Both the position numbers and the translations under genes were made by a program. Below, one piece after another: positions 33,617 to 43,348 of a DNA stretch of 47,978 bases. Positions within the stretch are counted from its first letter, which is position 1. Each line of letters begins with the position of its first letter. Source of the DNA: Deltaproteobacteria bacterium (lineage in GTDB: Bacteria; Desulfobacterota; Desulfarculia; Adiutricales; JAFDHD01); assembly GCA_019306365.1 (NCBI GenBank), contig JAFDLS010000002.1:1-47978 (forward strand), written 5' to 3'. Under the pieces are notes generated by a model. The model saw only the letters and a list, made by a program, of their open reading frames with translations. It was not told the origin of the DNA and did no database searches.

Positions 33617-36600
33617 TCAGGTGATCTCTTGCAAGATGTTTCTTGCCTTTTTTAGACCATTTAGACCTGAAAGTCCCTCAAAAGCCAGGAAAAGACGACC
33701 ATCAGGGTACAAACGGGCCTGATCAGGATAGGCGCCGATTAATTCAAGGATTTTATCCGGATCGATCGGGCCGTTTTCGATGAATGATAAGGTCAACCCC
33801 CCTTGACCCATTTCCAGCTTTTTCACCCCGACTGTCATAAGTTGGTGTTTTAATTCAATAACCTTGACAAGTTGCTTGACTTCGGGCGGCATTGGCCCGT
33901 AGCGGTCAATTAACTCGTCGCAAAGATCCGCCAGCTCATCAGCATCCTTAAGAGATGAGAATCGACGATAATGAATCAGTCGCTGCTCAGTGTCCGGAAC
34001 GTATGTTTCGGGAATATAGGCCTCCAGATCGAGGACCATCTCCGGATCAATCTTTTCCGCCGTTTTTTCACCTTTTATCTCTCGAATTGTTTGTTCCATG
34101 AGCTGAACGTACATCTCATATCCGACAGCGGCTATGTGTCCTGATTGAGCCACCCCGAGGAGGTTGCCAGCCCCGCGAAGCTGAAGGTCGTGCAGGGCAA
34201 TCTTGAAGCCGGATCCAAGTTCGGAGAAATCCATCAAGGCCTTGAGCCTTTTACGGGCGATCCGGCTCAAAGCGTCCTCATTTGACACCAGGAGGTAAGC
34301 GTACGCCTGGAGACCGGATCGGCCGACCCGACCTCTGAGCTGATAAATCTGGGACAGGCCGAACCGGTCAGCGTTATTTATAATAATGGTGTTGGCTGTG
34401 GGAATATCCAAGCCCGATTCGATGATGGTTGTGGTAACCAGAACGTCTATCTCCCGATGGAGAAACTTGACCATTACCCTTTCCAGGTCTCTTTCTTTTT
34501 GTTGGCCATGGGCCACGCCGAAACGAACCAGAGGCATCAGTTCCCTTAGTCTGGAAGTCAGCACATCAATATCCTTGACCCGATTGTGTACAAAGAAAAC
34601 CTGACCGCCCCGGTCCAGTTCTTGGGCGATGGCCTCGGATATTGTAATTTCATCATACTTGAGCAGGTAGGTCTTAATAGCCTGGCGATCCTGCGGCGGG
34701 GTTTCGATAATCGAGAGATTTCTGATATTGGTCAATGACATCTGGAGGGTTCTCGGGATAGGCGTGGCGCTTAAGGCCAGAACATCCACTATCAGTTTTA
34801 ATTTTTTCAATCGTTCTTTTTGTTTGACTCCAAAGCGATGTTCCTCATCAATTATAAGCAGCCCCAAGTCTTTGAAAACTATATCTTTCTGCATGAGACG
34901 ATGGGTTCCCACGATAACATCAAGCTTACCAGAGGCCAGTCGGGCAAGGACCTCACGCTGTTCTTTGCGTCCTTTGAAACGCGATAAAACATCCACCTTA
35001 ACGGGATAGTTGCTAAATCGTTCGCTAAAGGTCTGATAGTGCTGTTCCGCCAGAACAGTGGTCGGAACAAGAACAGCGACCTGCTTGCCATCTAAAACAG
35101 CCCTGAAGACGGCCCGCATGGCCACTTCGGTCTTTCCAAAGCCAACGTCACCGCAGACAAGACGGTCCATGGGCTTCTCAGACTCCATATCGGCTACAAT
35201 CTCTTTAATGGCCGTCAGCTGATCCGGGGTCTCCTCAAATTCAAAAGAAGCCTCGAACTCACGGTAATATCCATCTGTCGGGGAGAAAGCATGGCCTTTT
35301 TGGGTTTCCCTTTCAGCGTAGAGGCGAATAAGATCTTCAGCCATCTCCAGGATTGAAGCTTTGATTTTTTTCTTAACCCGGTCCCAGGTTTCACTTCCAA
35401 GTTTATCCAGACGAGTAGTCTTGCCGTCAGAACCAATGTACTTCTGTACCGCTCCGAAACGATCTACAGGGACATAAAGTCGATCTCCTCCTCGATAAAC
35501 GAGATGGAGGTAGTCATTTGACAGATCTCCCACGTCCAGTTTCACTAATCCTTGATACTGACCAATCCCGTGATCGTCATGGACTACGAAATCCCCCACA
35601 GAAAGATCTTGAAAACTGGACAGATGAACCCCTTTGATCTCTTCGATAGCCCGTCTGACAACCCGGCGTCTGGGGCCAAAAAGTTCCTCCTCGGAAACAA
35701 AAGCGCATTTGAAGGCATTCAGAACAAAACCGGATGATAAAAAACCGATCTTTATTTGAAAGCGGGCTGGAAGTTTCGCGGCGCTTTTTCGATCCCCAAG
35801 ATCCAGGGCCGGATAAAGGCTGTAATCCTCCAGGAGCTTGGCGATCCTTTTGGCTTGTTCTTTGGTGTGACAGGCCAGAATGACCTCCAGGTCCTGATCA
35901 AGCCAGGCCCTGACTCGCGCTACAAAGGGCGCTAGCAGCCCTGTAGTTTTGTCAGGCCGGTTTATCAGGGTTTTGAGATCCTCGTTGGTTTCAAGCCTGA
36001 AGTGGAAAGAGCGAGATTTATCAGATTTATCCTGAAGGGCCAGTTCCTCGGCTTTGATCAACGGTTTTCCCTCAAGCGAGGCCGTAAAATCGTCGGGAGC
36101 TTGGTACAGCCGGTCCAGGCTCAGGGTTGGCTGTTTCGCTTCGCGCAGCCGGTCTAAATGGGCTTGGAGTCTTTCCAGATGTTCAGCGCCGGTCTGAGTG
36201 AAGCGGTTTTGATCAAAAATCAGCCGTATGGTTTTTGAATCAGCGTACTCATCCGGCGAATAAAGCCGGTCATAAAATAAGGGTAAAAAAGATTCCAGGC
36301 CTGAAAAGTGTTCCGCTTGAGAAATTTTTTCTTCGATAGGCGCGCATATGGCTCCCTGCCAGCCTTCCCTGTCAGCGATTGTCCTGAAGGCGGCCAGAGC
36401 CTTTTCCCCTCGGTTTGAATCCAGAATCACCTCATTGGCCGGGAGAACGGCCAACTCCTCAATTTCGCCGACCGTGCGTTGATCCAGGGTTCTGAACGTT
36501 CTCAGAGACTCTATGTAGTCACCGAAAAACTCGGCCCGCACAGGCCGCTTCATACCCGGAGGATACAAGTCCAGGATTCCGCCCCGGACGGAAAAGTCGC

Positions 36601-37102
36601 CCGGACCTTGAACCAACGGTCCGGAAAAGTAACCTGTATTAACCAGATTAACCAGGAATTCATCTCGATCTATTTCCTGGCCTGCCTGCAAAAAATCAAC
36701 GTTTTTAGAAAGCACAGCCCCGGGTAGAGAGAGCTGAAGCGCGGCAGGGGCTGATGTCACTACTACTAGCGGGTTTTGGCCGGTTATCAGGGCGTACAGA
36801 GCCCTCAAACGATCGAAAACCAGTTCTGGAGCGGGTGACTGCCCGGAAAACGGTTTGACATCATACGAAGGCAGCAGAAGTACCGCCTCATTAGCCGCGC
36901 CTTCAGGCCAAAAAAACTCCAGGTCCCGGATAAAGTCCTCCGCCTCGATTGGGGTGGGCAGGTATACCAGATATGACGCCGCCTGGCGTTTGAGTATCTT
37001 CGCCAGAACAAATGCCGCGGCTGAAAGGTTAAGCCCGAAAAAATTAATTTTTTGACCCGGAGAGGGAATCATCTCAACCGGATCTTGAGGAAAAAGCGCC
37101 AT
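33617..37102 (-). CDS. mfd: Transcription-repair coupling factor
   Basis: 1161 aa with a CarD/TRCF domain (GDFVVHDDHGIGQY), SF2 helicase motifs (GDVGFGKTEVA, DEEHRFG, SATPIPRT, QLRGRVGR) and a C-terminal TRCF domain. Confidence 0.95.
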   Translation of the reverse strand: MALFPQDPVEMIPSPGQKINFFGLNLSAAAFVLAKILKRQAASYLVYLPTPIEAEDFIRDLEFFWPEGAANEAVLLLPSYDVKPFSGQSPAPELVFDRLRALYALITGQNPLVVVTSAPAALQLSLPGAVLSKNVDFLQAGQEIDRDEFLVNLVNTGYFSGPLVQGPGDFSVRGGILDLYPPGMKRPVRAEFFGDYIESLRTFRTLDQRTVGEIEELAVLPANEVILDSNRGEKALAAFRTIADREGWQGAICAPIEEKISQAEHFSGLESFLPLFYDRLYSPDEYADSKTIRLIFDQNRFTQTGAEHLERLQAHLDRLREAKQPTLSLDRLYQAPDDFTASLEGKPLIKAEELALQDKSDKSRSFHFRLETNEDLKTLINRPDKTTGLLAPFVARVRAWLDQDLEVILACHTKEQAKRIAKLLEDYSLYPALDLGDRKSAAKLPARFQIKIGFLSSGFVLNAFKCAFVSEEELFGPRRRVVRRAIEEIKGVHLSSFQDLSVGDFVVHDDHGIGQYQGLVKLDVGDLSNDYLHLVYRGGDRLYVPVDRFGAVQKYIGSDGKTTRLDKLGSETWDRVKKKIKASILEMAEDLIRLYAERETQKGHAFSPTDGYYREFEASFEFEETPDQLTAIKEIVADMESEKPMDRLVCGDVGFGKTEVAMRAVFRAVLDGKQVAVLVPTTVLAEQHYQTFSERFSNYPVKVDVLSRFKGRKEQREVLARLASGKLDVIVGTHRLMQKDIVFKDLGLLIIDEEHRFGVKQKERLKKLKLIVDVLALSATPIPRTLQMSLTNIRNLSIIETPPQDRQAIKTYLLKYDEITISEAIAQELDRGGQVFFVHNRVKDIDVLTSRLRELMPLVRFGVAHGQQKERDLERVMVKFLHREIDVLVTTTIIESGLDIPTANTIIINNADRFGLSQIYQLRGRVGRSGLQAYAYLLVSNEDALSRIARKRLKALMDFSELGSGFKIALHDLQLRGAGNLLGVAQSGHIAAVGYEMYVQLMEQTIREIKGEKTAEKIDPEMVLDLEAYIPETYVPDTEQRLIHYRRFSSLKDADELADLCDELIDRYGPMPPEVKQLVKVIELKHQLMTVGVKKLEMGQGGLTLSFIENGPIDPDKILELIGAYPDQARLYPDGRLFLAFEGLSGLNGLKKARNILQEIT

Positions 37103-37328
37103 CTAAAAATTCCGCTCCAGGGGCCAAAACCCCTTTACATCATTAATCAATCTATTATAGACGAATCTTCAAGGAAGGCAAGCCCTGGTTCAGGGCTAAT
37201 GCTTTGGCAAGGATTGGATTGAGGACATATACATAGTTAGTTACATCCAAAAAAAACCGATAATGACCTGCGGCAAGAAGGTCTGGATAAAACTGTAGTT
37301 GGGGCAAAACTCTTGTTAGAAGATATAT

Positions 37329-38108
37329 TTATTGTTTCGATTTCTTGATCTGAACAGGTGTCCCCAGAGTTAAGTCCGGGGGGTTCTCAGCCGAATCCAT
37401 ACTTCTGGCTATCTCCAAAAAGCCGCTGCTGCCGGTTACGGCCAGGTGCTTCCCCGGCCCAACCTCGCTGTAGCTCCTAGCCAGGCCATGAAGGGTCAAC
37501 GGGCCGGCAGAAATGATCACTTCCCAACCCTCGCATTCCTCATTAGGGATATTTGTTATAAGGTTGCCGAATCGATCGATGTAAATCACCTCTCCCCTGA
37601 TCAGGTTCGGTTTGATTTCTGGCCGTAAGGTTTTCAACCTTGTGAGATCGTTCGCCAATGGGCCGACCTCGTCAAAAGCGAAACCGAGGGAGAGATGGGC
37701 TGCCGCCGGGGCCATGTAATCCCGGCCGTGGAATGTTCGGCTTATCTGCGGAAGAGCCAGACTGGGATTTTCAATGTATCGGGCTTCAAACAGGGGAACT
37801 TTATCCAAAACATAACTGAAAAGACCGTTATCAGGACCAACGAAGTAGTGATTCCCAGCCTCAATAACCACCATGTGCCGCTTAGTGCCGACCCCTGGAT
37901 CAACCACGGCCAGGTGTACGGTCCCTTTTGGGAAGAAGGAGAAGGCGCTCATGAGAATAAAGGCGGCCTGAGTCAAGCCTTGCGGCGGCAGATCATGAAC
38001 CAGGTCAACCAGGGTGGCAGCTGGATTTATTCCCAGTATTACCCCCTTCATGACTCCGACAAAATGATCTTTCTGGCCAAAATCAGTGGTCAAAGTGATA
38101 ATTGACAT
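37329..38108 (-). CDS. SAM hydroxide adenosyltransferase family protein (DUF62; fluorinase/chlorinase-like fold)
   Basis: The N-terminus ITLTTDFGQKDHFVGVMKGVI and VVDPGVGT match the family signature as I recall it. Confidence 0.75.
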   Translation of the reverse strand: MSIITLTTDFGQKDHFVGVMKGVILGINPAATLVDLVHDLPPQGLTQAAFILMSAFSFFPKGTVHLAVVDPGVGTKRHMVVIEAGNHYFVGPDNGLFSYVLDKVPLFEARYIENPSLALPQISRTFHGRDYMAPAAAHLSLGFAFDEVGPLANDLTRLKTLRPEIKPNLIRGEVIYIDRFGNLITNIPNEECEGWEVIISAGPLTLHGLARSYSEVGPGKHLAVTGSSGFLEIARSMDSAENPPDLTLGTPVQIKKSKQ

Positions 38109-38554
38109 GCCTGTTGTCTCCCCTTCTGAAACGAACTGGAAGTTTAATAATTGTACCTTATTTTACGCGGCAATTGGAAAAGTCAAAGCTGATTTATCAG
38201 TAAAAACGCTGAAGGCCACGGGCATAAGCCCGTGGATGAAAGCGTTAAACAATGCCATAATATATAAAAATTTAATTTTCTAAACAAGTGAAAATAATAG
38301 GTATGCCAGACGCCTTCAAACAAGAGGAAAGCGCTAGAGGTCACTTGCTTGGTCCGCGCTGAAATCGGGAAGACTTGAACCCGGCTTAAGCGGTTCTGCG
38401 TGTCATCCTTTCCTTATTATTTCCGGGATAAATTCCCGTTCCCTGGGAGATTTCCTTATCAAAATGAAGCCTTCCCATTATAGTATAAAATGCATGAATC
38501 CTGTTTTAATCCTACATTAGAGTAGAATCGGTATGCTTGTGTATGGATGTTGAT

Positions 38555-38602
38555 AGCGGTGCTCATGAGTTCGGCTAAAGGACGAAGTTTTGCAGAGGTC
38601 TC
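38555..38602 (-). repeat. Family-2 repeat, copy D (solo end fragment)
   Basis: AGCGGTGCTCATGAGTTCGGCTAAAGGACGAAGTTTTGCAGAGGTCTC matches only the right end of copy B. No second inverted repeat lies nearby. Confidence 0.8.
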
Positions 38603-38626
38603 AAGTCAGTAGTCTGAAGGAAAATA

Positions 38627-38655
38627 TTGACAATGTATATTGAATGAAATATATG
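38627..38655 (+). promoter_or_regulatory. Candidate sigma70 promoter of the thiolase operon
   Basis: TTGACA, a 17-nt spacer, then TATATG. It starts 24 nt after the Family-2 fragment. Confidence 0.4.
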
Positions 38656-38790
38656 CCTTTATAAAAGCTTCGATGATTCCGACGCTTTATATTCCATTAG
38701 CTATCATCTGGTGAATCAAATCATTTACAGGCAGTTACAGGTCTGGAAGATGGAAAATCTGGCCATACTTTAAGAACTTTAGGAGGAATT

Positions 38791-39969
38791 ATGAAGGATA
38801 TTGTTATTGCCGGCGCGGTTCGAACAGCAGTTGGACGATTTGGTGGAACATTGAAAGATATATCGGCGGTGGATCTTGGCATGGTGGCCATGAAAGAAGC
38901 CCTCAACAGGGCCCAGGTAAAGCCCGAAGAGGTGGATGAAGTCATACTTGGTAATGTGCTTCAGGCCGGCCAGGGTCAAAACCCAGCCAGACAGGTAACC
39001 TTAAACAGTGGTTGTCCCTTTACAACTACTTCCGTGACTGTAAACAAGGTTTGCGCCTCTGGTTTAAAGTCCGTTGCCATGGCCGCTCAAGCAATCAATT
39101 CTGATGATGCTGACATAGTCGTCGCTGGTGGTATGGAGAACATGAGCCATGCGCCGTATTACTTAACCAAAGCCCGTTGGGGCGCCCGTATGGGTGACGT
39201 GGAGATGATTGACGGCATGGTTCACGATGGATTGACGGATATTTTTAATCGATATCACATGGGCATTACAGCGGAGAACGTGGCCGAGAAGTTCGGAATT
39301 AGCCGGGCCGATCAGGACGCACTGGCCTTTTCAAGTCAGAAAAAGGCTTTGGCCGCTATTGAATCAGGCCGTTTTCAAGACGAGATCGTACCGGTTATGG
39401 TACCTCAGCGCAAGAAGGAGCCCATCGTCTTTGATACGGACGAGCACCCGCGTACCACAACCATTGAGGCATTGGCCAAACTTCGTCCTGCCTTTAAGGA
39501 AGACGGAACCGTTACCGCGGGTAACGCTTCCGGTATCAATGACAGCTCCGCCTGCGTGGTAGTCATGCCTGAGAAACTGGCCTCGCAAAAGGGTCTCAAG
39601 CCTTTAGTCAGGATCGTGTCTTACGCTGCTGGTGGAGTCGATCCGGCTTTCATGGGCACAGGTCCAATTCCGGCCACTGAAAAGGCCCTGGCCAAATCAG
39701 GGTTAACCATTGACGATTTTGATCTAATCGAAGCCAATGAGGCTTTCGCCGCTCAGGCCATCGCCGTGAACCGTCACTTTGGGTGGGACATGGAAAAGGT
39801 CAATGTCAACGGCGGCGCCATAGCGCTGGGCCATCCCATTGGCGCCAGCGGCTGCCGGATTCTGGTTACCTTGATTTACGAAATGATAAAAAGGGAATCT
39901 AAGTACGGCCTGGCCACGCTTTGCATTGGCGGGGGTCAGGGTTTTGCCATGATTGTTGAACGTATATAA
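38791..39969 (+). CDS. Acetyl-CoA C-acetyltransferase (thiolase II)
   Basis: 392 aa with active-site contexts [18 protein letters not shown] and [14 protein letters not shown]...CIGGGQG. AGGAGG RBS. Confidence 0.9.
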   Translation: MKDIVIAGAVRTAVGRFGGTLKDISAVDLGMVAMKEALNRAQVKPEEVDEVILGNVLQAGQGQNPARQVTLNSGCPFTTTSVTVNKVCASGLKSVAMAAQAINSDDADIVVAGGMENMSHAPYYLTKARWGARMGDVEMIDGMVHDGLTDIFNRYHMGITAENVAEKFGISRADQDALAFSSQKKALAAIESGRFQDEIVPVMVPQRKKEPIVFDTDEHPRTTTIEALAKLRPAFKEDGTVTAGNASGINDSSACVVVMPEKLASQKGLKPLVRIVSYAAGGVDPAFMGTGPIPATEKALAKSGLTIDDFDLIEANEAFAAQAIAVNRHFGWDMEKVNVNGGAIALGHPIGASGCRILVTLIYEMIKRESKYGLATLCIGGGQGFAMIVERI

Positions 39970-39979
39970 AGGAGGTATT

Positions 39980-40768
39980 ATGTCTTACAAATACATGATT
40001 TTTGAAGTTGAGGAAAATATTGCTCTGGTGACGTTCAACCGGCCGGAGGCGCTTAACGCCTTGAGCCCTGATTTAATGATGGAGTTTGGGGACATACTTG
40101 ACAAAATCGCGGCCGATGAAAGCATCGCCGTTGCCGTTCTGACCGGCGCTGGCAAGGCCTTTGTCTCCGGAGCTGATATCCAGGCAATGAGCGAATTTAC
40201 CCCGCTTCAAATTAATAACTATCTCTCTACGGGCCACGAGATTCTTTTTAAAATAGAAAGTCTTCCCCAACCGGTCATAGCGGCGGTTAACGGGTTCTGT
40301 TTGGGAGGAGGCAATGAGATCGCCATGGCCTGCGATTTTGTCTATGCCTCTGAAAAAGCCCGTTTCGGTCAGCCCGAAATCAAGCTGGGCATCATCCCTG
40401 GTTTCGGAGGCACTCAGCGCCTGCCGCGTCTGGTTGGAAAAAGTTTAGCCAAAGAACTGTGCCTGACTGGTGAGTTTATTAAAAGTGAAACCGCCCAGGC
40501 CATTGGGCTGGCCAATAAAATTTTTCCTCCGGATAAATTGATGGAGGAAACTATGAAGACCGCCAAGCTGATCGCTTCACACGGCCGCGCTTCGGTTCGC
40601 GCGGTTAAACAGGTTATTGACCGCGGTGCGCAGATTGAGCTTCGGTCGGCCTGTGCCTTGGAGGTGGGGGCTTTTACCGCGGTCTTTAGCAGTTCCGACG
40701 CCAAGGAAGGATTAAAAGCTTTTCTTGAAAAGCGAAATCCTGAATTCAAAGGAACTTACGAAAGTTGA
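39980..40768 (+). CDS. Enoyl-CoA hydratase (crotonase family)
   Basis: Contains AFVSGADI ... GFCLGGGNEIAMACD ... PEIKLGIIPGFGGTQRL. ATG 39980 follows AAGGAGG; the ORF-track start overlaps the thiolase gene. Confidence 0.85.
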   Translation: MSYKYMIFEVEENIALVTFNRPEALNALSPDLMMEFGDILDKIAADESIAVAVLTGAGKAFVSGADIQAMSEFTPLQINNYLSTGHEILFKIESLPQPVIAAVNGFCLGGGNEIAMACDFVYASEKARFGQPEIKLGIIPGFGGTQRLPRLVGKSLAKELCLTGEFIKSETAQAIGLANKIFPPDKLMEETMKTAKLIASHGRASVRAVKQVIDRGAQIELRSACALEVGAFTAVFSSSDAKEGLKAFLEKRNPEFKGTYES

Positions 40769-40826
40769 CATTATTGAAAAAGAGCGGCGGGTAATAATTA
40801 CCTCGAAATGAGTTAAGGAGTTAGAA

Positions 40827-41975
40827 ATGGACTTTTCACTTTCTGAAGAGCATCAAATGGTTCAAGATATGGCTCGGCGATTTGCCACGGAGAAGATCAA
40901 ACCCGTGGCCGCTGAATTAGATAAAACTCACAGACACCCTGAAGAAATTATCAAGGAAATGGCTGAACTTAAATTCATGGGAATCGCTGTGCCCGAAGAA
41001 TACGGCGGCGGCGGCATGGATTACGTTTCATATGTCCTTGCGATGATAGAAATCTCCAAAGCCTGCGCCTCGATCGGAGTTATCATGAGCGTTAACAATT
41101 CGCTTTACTGCTACCCGGTCATGGCTTTTGGAACTGATGAACAAAAAGAGAAATACCTCACTCCGGTGGCCTCGGGTGAAAGTTTAGGCTGTTACGGCCT
41201 TACTGAAGCTGGAGCGGGTTCAGACGCGGCCGCAGTTAGAACCACAGCGGTTCGAGATGGCGACGGCTGGATTCTGAACGGTGAAAAGAAATTTATCACC
41301 AACGGCAATGTGGCCGATTACTGCGTGCTGGCGGTAAAAACGGAAAAGGATCAAGGCTATAAAGGCATTTCGACCTTTGTGGTCAACCTGAAGGAAACTC
41401 CTGGTTTTTCCGTGGGCGTGGTTGAGGATAAGTTGGGAATCCTGGCTAGCGGCACGGCCGAACTGGTATTTGAGGACGCTCGTTTGCCCGGTGACGCTCT
41501 GCTGGGTAAGGAGGGTGAAGGCTTCAAGCAGATGCTGACAACCCTGGACGGCGGACGCATCGGCATCGCCTCTCAGGCCATCGGTATTGGCCGGGCCGCC
41601 CTGGAAGAAGCGCTCGATTATGCCAAGGAAAGAGAGCAGTTTGGAAAACCCATCGCCAGACTGCAGGCCATTCAGTTCAAATTGGCGGACATGGCCATGG
41701 AACTGGACGCGGCGGAACTTTTAACCTTGAGGGCTGCCTATAATGAAGATAATCATCTTCCTTATGAGAAGGAAGCGGCCATGGCCAAATGCTTTGCCGC
41801 TGACGCGGCCATGCGGGCCGCGATCGAGGGCGTTCAGATCTTGGGCGGTTATGGATACATTAAGGAGTATCCCATGGAACGGCACATGCGAGACGCCAAA
41901 ATCTGTCAGATTTATGAAGGCACTAATGAGATTATGCGTGTGGTTATCGCCAGCCGCCTATTGCAAGGTAAATAG
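40827..41975 (+). CDS. Acyl-CoA dehydrogenase (short/butyryl-CoA type)
   Basis: 382 aa with GCYGLTEAGAGSD ... QILGGYGY ... YEGTNEI. AAGGAG RBS. Confidence 0.85.
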   Translation: MDFSLSEEHQMVQDMARRFATEKIKPVAAELDKTHRHPEEIIKEMAELKFMGIAVPEEYGGGGMDYVSYVLAMIEISKACASIGVIMSVNNSLYCYPVMAFGTDEQKEKYLTPVASGESLGCYGLTEAGAGSDAAAVRTTAVRDGDGWILNGEKKFITNGNVADYCVLAVKTEKDQGYKGISTFVVNLKETPGFSVGVVEDKLGILASGTAELVFEDARLPGDALLGKEGEGFKQMLTTLDGGRIGIASQAIGIGRAALEEALDYAKEREQFGKPIARLQAIQFKLADMAMELDAAELLTLRAAYNEDNHLPYEKEAAMAKCFAADAAMRAAIEGVQILGGYGYIKEYPMERHMRDAKICQIYEGTNEIMRVVIASRLLQGK

Positions 41976-42052
41976 ATCTGACGGTTAGCTAGACTAAGAT
42001 AAATAAAATCAGGGATCCATGAGAACAGCCTGATTGCGAGCCTCAAATACCA

Positions 42053-42086
42053 TGGCGGGGTTTTTTTGTGAACCCCGCCATTTTTT
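42053..42086 (+). terminator. Rho-independent terminator of the thiolase-crotonase-ACAD operon
   Basis: 10-bp stem TGGCGGGGTT / AACCCCGCCA, an 8-nt loop, then TTTTTT. Confidence 0.85.
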
Positions 42087-42265
42087 ATGTTTCTATGTTT
42101 TGGTTTGAGCCTCACCGCTGGCATTCATCTGCATCCCACCTTGAATTGTATCTTTCAAGACGGTAATACCCGAAATTGCTGACCCGGATGTCTTTTTTAA
42201 GTCAGCCGCGTCAGGTTATGCTTTTTAAATATGTGTTATAATTATTTTCAAAAGGGAATGGCCCC

Positions 42266-43147
42266 ATGAACAGTCAGACCTTTGACAGCGCGCTCGTTCT
42301 CGTAAGTCCTTCCTCCGGTCACGGGGAAGGATACAGGGCGGTGCCCCGTGTGGAACGCGCCTTTCGTCAAAATGGGATTGAGGCCAGGGTAGTTCTCATT
42401 TCGAGCCCGGAAATTGTTTCCCGGGAGATCGAAACCCAGGCCCCGGAAGCCTCCGTGGTCGTGGCCGCGGGCGGAGATGGAACCGTCAACCTGGTGGCCA
42501 GGGCGATTTTGTTAGCTGGCCAAGGCAAGCCCCTCGGCCTGATTCCGTTTGGGTTTGGGAACTGTCTGGCCAGGTCCCTTGGAGTCCCCTTAGACATAGA
42601 ATCCGCTGTGGACGTGATTGCCCGAGGTCAGTTTAAAACCATTGACATCGCCTGGACACAGGACAGACCGGTGATGTTTGCCTTGAGTTCCGGTTTTGAC
42701 GCGGAGGTCGCCAGAAAAGTTAGCGAGGCCCGGATTGGCGGTGTTAGTATGCGTGATTATCTCAGGGCCATCTGGTCCTCAGTCGTCCATTACGACTGGC
42801 CTGAGATAAAGGTTGAAGTAGACGGCCGACTGCTCAAAGACCACTACTCCCAGGTCATCCTCAGCCCTGTGAATAATTATGCCATCTTTTTCCAATTGAA
42901 GTCCGGCCCTGGTGTCAGGGTTTATCTCTTTCGCGACCATCTGCCAAGGGCCCTGCGTTATTTTCTATTAATGGGTCCAACCCGAAATCTTGCCTCGGCT
43001 TCAGATTTGTCCCTGCAGGTCAAAAGCAGTCTGAAAATGACCGCAACTCAGGCCTGCGCGCCCTCGCAGATTGACGGAGAGTTCAGCGGTTTTCTGCCGG
43101 TCGCGTGCGAGATAAGGCCAGGGGCCCTTCAGATACTGACGCCTTAA
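42266..43147 (+). CDS. Diacylglycerol-kinase-family lipid kinase (YegS/BmrU-like)
   Basis: VVAAGGDGTVNLVA (GGDGT motif) and ...GLIPFGFGN.... Confidence 0.7.
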   Translation: MNSQTFDSALVLVSPSSGHGEGYRAVPRVERAFRQNGIEARVVLISSPEIVSREIETQAPEASVVVAAGGDGTVNLVARAILLAGQGKPLGLIPFGFGNCLARSLGVPLDIESAVDVIARGQFKTIDIAWTQDRPVMFALSSGFDAEVARKVSEARIGGVSMRDYLRAIWSSVVHYDWPEIKVEVDGRLLKDHYSQVILSPVNNYAIFFQLKSGPGVRVYLFRDHLPRALRYFLLMGPTRNLASASDLSLQVKSSLKMTATQACAPSQIDGEFSGFLPVACEIRPGALQILTP

Positions 43148-43149
43148 CC

Positions 43150-43290
43150 GAGACCTCTGCAAAACTTCGTCCTTTAGCCGAACTCATTGTCAGTCTCAAA
43201 TTTAAGTCCTCGAAATATTGGAAATATTCCTGCGGGTTAAATTTTCGCCTTCCGCGATTTCAACAAAATTACTGGTTTTGCAGAGGTCTC
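43150..43290 (+). repeat. Family-2 MITE-like repeat, copy E (minimal 141-bp form, no internal hairpin module)
   Basis: Perfect 16-bp terminal inverted repeats GAGACCTCTGCAAAAC / GTTTTGCAGAGGTCTC. It starts 3 nt after the lipid-kinase stop codon. Confidence 0.9.
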
Positions 43291-43348
43291 TAACCGGCTT
43301 TTTCCCCGGGGAAGGGCAAGGGTATTCAGTATTATCATCGGTCTGGTT

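Noticed and set aside
39953-39979. N-terminal extensions proposed by the ORF track (this one, plus 2384, 5206, 6911, 8278, 26056, 31604, 32664, 46707 and 47726).
   Set aside because: In each case an internal ATG sits 6-8 nt downstream of a GGAG-type RBS. The extension either contains or runs over that RBS, or overlaps the upstream gene.
2860-43290. Family-2 inverted-repeat elements as integron attC sites, or the window as a defence or mobile island.
   Set aside because: There is no integrase and no cassette-like promoterless ORFs. The flanking genes are housekeeping or metabolic, and the inverted repeats do not match the attC R'/R'' core (GTTRRRY).
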